64,000 nt of DNA from the NCBI GenBank assembly GCA_951406725.2, contig OX597815.1, forward strand, positions 178,374,001 through 178,438,000, read 5' to 3'. The notes under the pieces are model-generated. The model ran no database searches. It saw nothing but the letters and a program-made list of their open reading frames with translations, and was not told the origin of the DNA. The first letter of the stretch is position 1. Each line of letters opens with the position of its first letter. Below are positions 55,337-64,000 of this stretch, one piece after another. The stretch is from Octopus vulgaris (Eukaryota). The position numbers and the translations under genes were made by a program.

Positions 55337-56042
55337 TCTTTAACTAAAATATAGTCAACAACATTGACTGATTTGCCCCAATAAAGCCCCGGGGTCATAG
55401 AGATTACCGTAATATCAGCGCCAAATCTAGGCTAAATTTATCCATCGTGCACTTCTATTCAAGCTAGCAAATGCTGAGTTTCATGGGTATTTGCCTACGC
55501 TTTTTAGCATTTCTGAGTTAGAAATTAGAACGTTTGAAAATATGATATAAACAACCGAATAACAGGAGTATTTTCAAACGCCGCCATAAAGCAGCAGCTT
55601 GTATTTTTTCTTTTTTCTTTTTCAATAAAAAAAGATTTAAGATTAATAAATTGATAGAAAAAGGTATAAATGAATATTCTAATAAATTGATAAATAATTA
55701 AATTTCTGTTGATGGCGTTGAGAATAGGGAGGGGGATTTTGCTGGTGATGGTTTTGATGGTTGTTATGATGGCCGTGTCAATGATTGCAATGGTCGTGGT
55801 GTTGTTGCCAGTAGTGCTGATGTCTTTATTGTTGCTGTTGTTATTGTTGTTGTAGGTGATGGAGCTTATAATAGAGACGACGGAGGATATTTTGTGATAG
55901 ATGAAATAGTCCGTGGTGATAAATACGTGTGTACGTACGTAAATAAAACTTGCATCTTAGGCAATGTAAAGATATAATAAACTGGTAGAAAACTGATATC
56001 CTACGAAAAAATCCATGGTACGATAGAGAGAGAGAGAAAGAC

Positions 56043-56102
<60 letters not shown>

Positions 56103-56794
56103 GGACGCTAATATCTAACAAAGAGAGGAGATAATGTGTGCGTGTTTATGTAAGTTAACATGAGATGATGCTCTGGAAGAGGATATTAGCGAAACGTCAT
56201 TGTGACATGTGTGGGATAAATGAGGGAGGGAGGGAGAGTAAATATAAAAAAAAACTCGTTGTTAGAGCAATTCTGCAGAGATTAAGAAAGTGATAAACTC
56301 GCTGTGTAATTTGATGACATAAAAGAGGGGTGGGGTTGTGGTTGAACTGAACAAACAATGGAAAAGTGGTGGGGGCGTAAGGGAGATTCTAACAAACAGG
56401 AAAAATACTGAGCAGGTTATTATTAGGCGTTGAATGTTCCCTCACTACCAAAGGTAGCGAAGGTACAGGATTTCTGATAATGACGACGACGATGATTATG
56501 CAAGCAAACAAGCATCATTGGCGAACCTTTAGGAATGGGAATTGATCAGAAGAATAACTCGATCAGTAATTGTTACAGATCTGAAAGCGAAACTGCAAGC
56601 TGTTTATTGATTGAACGTTGGGGAAAACAAAAGTAGATGAACAACAAGCAGGAGATAATTACGACGAGTAATAATAACTGCTTCCGACAGAGAGTAACTG
56701 TTTCTAATTTAGTCAGAGGGCCCCACATTGTTCGAGGGGTTTGTGGTCGGTTATATCCATATTATTAGTTAACTGGTATTCATTTTAACGGCGC

Positions 56795-57209
56795 GGTGGC
56801 GAGCTGGCAGAATCGTTAGCACGCCGGGCGAAATGCTTAGCGGTATTTTGTCTGTCGTTACGTTGTGAGTTCAAATTCCGCCGAGGTCTACTTTGCCTTT
56901 CATCCTTTCGGGGTCGATAAATTAAGTACCAGTTACGCACTGGGATCGATGTAATCGACTTAATACCTATGTCTGTCCTTGTTTGTCCCTTCTCTGTTTA
57001 GCCCCTTGTGGGTAGTAAAGAAATAGGTATTTCGTCTGCCATTACGTTCCGAGTTCAAATTCCGCCGAGGTCGACTTTGCCTTTCATCCTTTCGGGGTCG
57101 ATTAAATAAGTACCAGTTACGCACTGGGGTCGATATAATCGACTTAATCCGTTTGTCTGTCTTTGTTTGTCCGCTCTGTGTTTAGCCCTTTGTGGGTAGT
57201 AAAGAAACA
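56795..57209 (+). mobile_element. SINE family B partial dimer with TSD
   Basis: Full unit followed by a headless unit starting at 57026; flanked by GGTATTCATTTTAA at 56775-56788 and 57210-57223. Confidence 0.93.
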
Positions 57210-57817
57210 GGTATTCATTTTAATGACCATAGTATGACGAAAAGTAAAAGTGACTTCATTGGAATTTGAATTCATGATATAAAGTATTTTGTACACGGAT
57301 CGACCAATTCGACTGTCTGCCTAACCGTAAATGTTGGAAAGTTCGCAAAATTGGTCATCCCAGCTTCAGCCAAAATACTGCAACTATTGGACGTTTGACA
57401 AGGTGTGCCACATTTTTTAAAATTTTATTTTATTTTGGTGAATTATAGCGCTGTTCGTTTTGGTTCTTCAACGAGTCAATCGCGGGTTAAATACATTTCT
57501 CAGGACGAGAGAAACAAGACAATGCTTTTTACTCGATATCCAGGAACTAACACCGTTGTATAAGAGACTTCTTAAGAAAGGCACGAGTTGTCCAGCCTTC
57601 TCTTTGGTGATAATACACCACTATCCTTTGGCGTATACATTTTCAAAGCCCAGAGGTATCTGTGTGTGTGCAGAGAGAGAAAGAAAGATAGAGAATATAG
57701 ATTTCTACTCACAAAGAATTGATCGACCGCAGACTACAGTAGGATATCAACAATATGGCTGAAGCAAAAGACTTCAAGGAAACGTTCACTCACTAAATAT
57801 AAACCCGCTCAAAAATA

Positions 57818-59483
57818 TAATGCTGGAAAGGAAGTCTCGGTTTACTTTACAGATCATTTTGAGAGTATTTTCTCACTACGTACCGTAAAAATAAGCATTG
57901 ATTTATTGATTTCTGAATTATTTTTTTTTTTGCTTCCGTCTTTTTTTTTTACTTTTTTGTTGAGTAATTGATACAATAGGGGTTAAACTCTTATTGATTT
58001 TACCCTTTTAAAATTATTTTAGATAAAACTCATATCAAACACTTTATGTTGTATGAATTCAAAGGTGGCTTTAGGGCAATGGAAACAGCAACGAATATAA
58101 GTTGTTCTGTGCATGGAAATGAAGCTTTCAGTGTCCGAATATAACGACGATGATTTGGCCAATTTCGCACGGGAAATTCGTTCTCGCATATTCCAATATT
58201 GAACTTTTGAATACTGAGCCGGAAGAAAATTTAAAGCAAACTGCAAGAGAAGTCGCAAAACAGTTCAATAAAAGTTACTCTTCGATCATGAAACTTCTTC
58301 ATCAACTAGGAAAAGTGTCCAAAAATCGCCAGCCTGTCCCTTATCATCTGACAGCTATTTGATTTACTCAAAGTCTTGCCGTCCGCTTGTCAATGAAGAG
58401 TAGACTTACTACGGAACCCTTCCTGGGTAGAATTATTCCAAATGATAAACAACTGGTTCTCTATAATCATATCCAACAAAGACGATGGTTGTTCTTAGCA
58501 CCCAATCACAAAAGAGAATCCACTCTCAAACCAGCACTACAGTTATACGTTGTGTTAGGTTGGAATGTGAAGGTTGCCGGATATTAGGAAACCAATCTAG
58601 ATCAGTTTATGCTGAGAAATATTCTTTTCAACTCTAGGTACAAGACCCGAAGTTTTTTGGACATGGGGCCAATCGATTAGATCGAACCTTGTATGCAACT
58701 GGTACTTAATTTATCAACCCCGAAAGGATGAAACGCAAAGTCGACCCCGGCGGAATTTGAACTCAGAACGTAACGGCAGACGAAATACCTATTTCTTTAC
58801 TACCCAGAAGGAGCTAAACACAGAGAGGAAAAACAAGGACAGACAAACGGATTAAGTCGATTATATCGACCCCAGTGCATAACTGGTACTTATTTAATCG
58901 ACCACGAAGGGATGAAAGGCTAAGTCGACCTCGGCGGAATTTGAACTCAGATCGTAGCGGCAGACGAAATACCACAAAGCATTTCGCCCGGCGTGCTAAC
59001 GTTTCTGCCAGCTCGCCGCCTTAATGCTGAGAAACATTGTTGTCAATTGAAAGCATTGATGAAGAGGTTGCAGAAAAGCGTCCATCATAGGTCAGTCATA
59101 AAGGAATGTTCCGATTACACGATAATGCGGGACCACATATTGCCCAAATCCTTCAGAAAAACATTATGGCACAAGATACGGGAGGTTTGGCTCTTCTTTC
59201 TTAGTTTCCTAAAATAGCCCCATCTTCATTTCAGATCATTTCAACATTATTTAGAGGGAACACAGAGTATTGATTGTGAAGAGGTTAAAATGATATTGTT
59301 TTTGGCTTCGAAACCTGAAGAATTTTACGCCGGGGAATCACCAATTTGCCTAATGTATGGAATTATATAATCAATAAGAAGAAGAATATTTTCCAAATAA
59401 AAAAAATTATCACTTAAGACGAAAAAAATGCATTTGTTTCTTTCCCCGTCTTGAAATGCAACAAGACATTCTTTCCACCTTTA
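57818..59483 (+). mobile_element. Old full-length mariner relic interrupted by a SINE composite
   Basis: Degenerate TIRs TAATGCTGGAAAGGAAGTCTCG / CAAGACATTCTTTCCACCTTTA with TA flanks; motifs MLYEFK, LHQLGKVSK..VPYHLT, PFLGRII..D...LYN, LHDNAGPH. Confidence 0.82.
58621..59022 (-). mobile_element. SINE family B composite (young unit plus headless old-tail unit)
   Basis: Flanked by ATGCTGAGAAA(T/C)ATT duplication; internal junction GTAAAGAAATA-GGTATTTCGTCTGCC. Confidence 0.9.
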
Positions 59484-59922
59484 TACACAAACACACAGAC
59501 ACACATAACGAATCAGTTTAAGGAAAACAGAGAATAGAGAATATCCAATTTTTTTTTATGCATTCCTTGAAGTTCTTCCATTTTATCCTTCGTAGCCTTT
59601 CTGTCGCTATCAACGTGCATCATACGTATCTTTCTGTGCATTATAATGCTACAATCTATCAAGGGCTTCATCGGGACATTATCACCACTATTTTCATTTC
59701 TTCGAAATGGCAAATAATTCCAACCGAAAAAAAATTTTTTTTTTTAATTTATTGTTTCTTCACGGTAGTATCGTTCTAAAAATAGCTCGAACTAACTTTT
59801 TGACCCTTCAATTCCAAGGCAGGAATTAACTACCATTAATATAGGTCGTAACACTATTCATCACTTTTACAGTACGTGCAGTTATTTGGTAAAAAATTAC
59901 AATCCCTAAATATAACAATACG

Positions 59923-59956
<34 letters not shown>

Positions 59957-60067
59957 GAGGCACACGCCCATACATAACAGACGCACGTACAAAATCATAC
60001 AAGCCCATACACATAGACACACTCAAACACTCGCATATATATATATATATATACAAGCATAAATACA

Positions 60068-60105
<38 letters not shown>

Positions 60106-60500
60106 CATATATATATATGCATGTATTTATGTATGTATAGGAGTATCATCAGATTCGTAGGAGCGACTCAAAGATGCTTTACTATGTTTGCTTTGGATGT
60201 TCCAGGATTCTCTCATTCCAATTGTTAAATAGAATCTCAGTCAAGCGCCGCTGTCTCTGCCACCAGTTGCCCAGGATACTGCGTTGGTATCAAGTGAAGC
60301 GTGGAAGTATTCAGAAAGTATCCTTATCTGCCACTACCTGAGCTCCCTTACTCAACGCAAAGTACATGCTGAAAACTATTAACACTCCACAGGAGGTTTG
60401 AGAGGCTTTTCCTTAGACATACTCAAACACACACACATATATATATATATGCATATATATGTGTGTGTGTATGTATACATATACATATATATACATATAC

Positions 60501-60531
<31 letters not shown>

Positions 60532-60552
60532 CATATACATACATATATACAT

Positions 60553-60593
<41 letters not shown>

Positions 60594-60594
<1 letters not shown>

Positions 60595-60720
60595 CTTATA
60601 TTGGTTTCGGCCATGACTAACTCAATAGCATCACCTGGAAAAGTCTTTTAGTTAATTATTTCGAGACCCATTGGACCACTTAAGCAGAGAGTTGTTGGTG
60701 GTTAAAACGTATCCAGGTGT
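60594..60720 (-). mobile_element. CR1/L2-group LINE 3' end
   Basis: [14 protein letters not shown] plus tail CCAGGTGATGCTATTGAGTTAGTCATGGCCGAAACCAA; closest to 27497-27786. Confidence 0.85.
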
Positions 60721-60730
60721 GTGTGTTTGT

Positions 60731-60824
<94 letters not shown>

Positions 60825-61889
60825 GGATATACTCCTTTTGTTTCTTTTATTTGCTCCAGTCATTTGACTGCGGCCATACTGAAATGCCGCCTTTAATCGA
60901 ACAAATCGCCGCCAACGTGTTCGTATCTCGAAGCCCATGATTGTGAAGCGAAAATTTTTAACCATACAGCTCTGTCTTCCATTGGTAAAATAATAAAGCG
61001 GTCTGAACGTAGACAGTATTTCATATTGGTCCCATTATGTTAAGAACTGAAAACCCACGCCGACTTTGCTTTTCAAGCTGTAAAGTCGATAAAATAAGTA
61101 CAAGTAATATATTGACACCGATCCCATCCAGCGGACTCTTCTTCTTCTTCAAATATTGCCTTTATAGCTCAAGAGAAAATCAATAAATATCTTCATATCT
61201 CCAAGATATTTCACCGTTTCCTTTTTTATTGCATAATGTGGCATTTAGAACCTGTCACATAGTGGTCGCTTTCACTATTAATTTAGATGCATTTCTCGAG
61301 CCGTTAGATACCTAATTAAGATATATGTCTCCACTACCAATTGTTCGTATATTTTTATTAAATTAAGTTCTGCATTGAAATACTTCATTGCTTGGCAGAG
61401 TGCCTCATCATTAAATCTGCGGTTGATATTGCCCAGTATCAGCTAATTTTCACCTCTTATACATCAACAGAATAGGAAATAGGATGCAGAAAACAGAAAT
61501 ATACTGTTAAATAAAACGTATAAACTGACCTGAGCGTCATCTTGATGACATAGACTGCCAAAACGATATTTAAGACAATAATTATTTTTGACAATCTACA
61601 AAATATTAATATTCTAATCTTAATCATCTAACACTTGAAATTATCTTTAGATGGTGTTGTGTAAAAGAAATGGCATGAAATAACTTGGAATTATAATGCT
61701 GGTCGTATTCAGCGTCTTCCACGCGACAGTAGTTTAATTATTTTACGAGGCATCACGTGAAAAAATTTTCCAATATATTATAAGTCGAGGAGGCTAAATA
61801 GCCTGTGTAGGCTTTTCCAGATGCAGCAGTAAAATATTTAGCAAAATAATAGTAAAACTACAACAATTAAAAGTTGGCAAAAACTGAAG

Positions 61890-61891
61890 AT

Positions 61892-61961
<70 letters not shown>

Positions 61962-61974
61962 GGATGGATGGATG

Positions 61975-62048
<74 letters not shown>

Positions 62049-62095
62049 CAGACGGATAGACAGATAGATAGATAGACAGACAGACGGATAGACAC

Positions 62096-62174
<79 letters not shown>

Positions 62175-62180
62175 TAGATA
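61890..62180. repeat. (GATA)n microsatellite
   Basis: Direct inspection. Confidence 0.95.
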
Positions 62181-62237
62181 GTTGAGGAAAATGAGACAAG
62201 GTAGAAAATGCTAAAATAATTTCATCGTGAAGAACAT

Positions 62238-62277
62238 TTTAGTACCGGTTTCAGACTTTACGACTTTTTCAACTTAG
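62238..62277 (-). ncRNA. Degenerate minimal hammerhead-like motif with UUGAAAA core
   Basis: Minus strand CUAAG-UUGAAAA-AG..CU-GAAACCGGUA-CUAAA; palindromic ACCGGU; stem I is weak. Confidence 0.35.
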
Positions 62278-62513
62278 AGTAAAGCATGAATAACAATTAA
62301 ACTGTGGAAAAATTAAATGAAATGTTTTTTTTTATATTTCCATAGTTTTCGAATGCAAGGGACATTTTCCTTTTCTCTCTCTCTCTTTACTCTTGCGAGG
62401 GCTTGGTAGCAGACAGCAGGTAGTAGCGGTCCTAATATTTGCTATGAGTCCTTGGTTTTGATTGTTTAAGCAGCAGTAGTAGCTGAGGAAGGAGGCGTGT
62501 GTGTGTGTGTGAG

Positions 62514-62563
<50 letters not shown>

Positions 62564-62591
62564 TTGTGTCTCTGTGTGTGTGCCTGCGTGC

Positions 62592-62673
<82 letters not shown>

Positions 62674-62790
62674 TATCTAGTCTATAATATCTCTGGTCAG
62701 GGCTTTTCTGTTGATGTCAGCAAAAATCATAAATTATTTCCTTTCTGTATTGTGGTGCTCCTCAGAATTTTCACATTTAATTTAAATATA

Positions 62791-63670
62791 CGAGGTGGTA
62801 CCCAAAAGTAACCGGAAACGTTCTCTGTTGGACAAACCCGTTGTAGTTCAGGTTTCTGCCACTAGACGTCACTTGATGCGACCGTCAGGCATCAGTCTGC
62901 CGGCCGACGCCATCGGCTGGGGTCGTAGTGCGTCTTTGTTTTCCAGTGCTTCTCACCTGTTCGTCGAATTTTGCGATGGCTGAACCGAAGGAACAGCGTG
63001 CTTCCCTAGAATTCTGTTTTCTGCTGGGGAAAACGGCGGCCGAAACAGTTGTCATGCTTCAAACAGCTTACAAGGATTCTGCCATGAGCAAAACACAAGT
63101 TTACGAGTGGTTTATATGCTTAGGAATGGTCACTTGTTGCTTGAAGACCAATCCCGTTCAGGGCGACCGTCGACCTCTCAGTTGAATGAACACATCACGA
63201 AAATTCAGGAACTGATCTTGAAGGGCCGTCGCCGAGTAATCGACGAACCTGTTGATATGACTGGTGTATCCTGGAGTTCCTGCCGACGAATTATGAGCGA
63301 GGAATTGCGAATGAAAAGAGTTGCAGCAAAATTTGTGCTTCGCTTGTCCAGGGAAGATCAAAAGCAATCAGGATTGATTGTGTGTCATGAACTGAAAGAA
63401 CTGTTGGAAGTTGATTTTGCGGCCTGCGAGTTTTTGTTAAAGGAAGACGTTTTGAAGAAGTGGAAGAGGAGAAGGGAAAAAAACCGACGGAGACGTTAAA
63501 AGGCATCACTTCTCAAGGGCTCCAGGAGTGCTTCGAACAGTGGAAAACGCTTCTGGACCGATGCATTGTTTCAAATGGAGAATAATTTGAAGACGATAAC
63601 AGTATAAACATGTAAAACTAATTGAATAAAATAATATTGTAAAATTCCGGTTTCTTTTGGGTACCCCTCG
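62791..63670 (+). mobile_element. Internally deleted mariner element with TIRs
   Basis: TIRs CGAGGTGGTACCCAAAAGTAACCGGAA / TTCCGGTTTCTTTTGGGTACCCCTCG with TA flanks; from ATG 62976 QRASLEFCFLLGKTAAET...VYEWF, RSGRPSTS, KRVAAKFV; most of the catalytic domain is missing; C-terminal ECFEQWK...RCI.SNG is retained. Confidence 0.92.
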
Positions 63671-64000
63671 TAGACTCACCTCCTAACATTTCCCTGGAAC
63701 TAAAATGTTACGTTTCAGATTTAAAGATGTTCATAGTGCTAGGAATATTTCTATACTCTGATCTTATTTTTATTCATTTTCTAACAATGACTTAGTTATT
63801 ATCAACATTTATTGTTGCAGCATATTTCAACAAGTAACATTCGCTACATACATCAACCGAAAGTCTGAAACTCTTCCAAGAAGCGTTGTGAGAATTTATA
63901 TCACTCATGCCTCTCTCAAGAGTACTGGCAAAAGAAATCAAGCGATAAGCGATATTGCAATACATGAGCAGTTTGCTGGAAAATATTTCGAAATTACAAC

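Overview
AT-rich, repeat-saturated eukaryotic DNA. The SINE families and very high microsatellite load suggest an octopus/coleoid cephalopod (inference). I could not identify an intact host protein-coding gene, and most ORFs in the supplied track are translated microsatellites. The window holds: (i) CR1/L2-group LINE copies, one with a near-intact RT region broken by a single stop; (ii) two R4/Dong-type LINE 3' ends in (TAA)n; (iii) Penelope-like RT and GIY-YIG relics and non-autonomous pLTR-like pieces; (iv) three mariner relics with TIRs, a hAT MITE, an RTE relic, an L1/Tx1-like ORF1 with a CCHC knuckle and a probable large-transposase relic; (v) three tRNA-derived SINE families; (vi) many micro- and minisatellites. 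Most notable are five type-I hammerhead-ribozyme-like motifs with palindromic stem III, four with recurrent non-canonical cores (CCGAUGA twice; UUGANAA, a U3-A8 covariant, twice). Also notable are a covarying double-hairpin 3' signature shared by several LINE subfamilies and one SINE, a perfect 338-bp palindrome centred on (AT)42, and a SINE whose 3' junctions repeatedly read GGTAT. All calls were made by eye, and family names rely on recalled motifs, not database searches.
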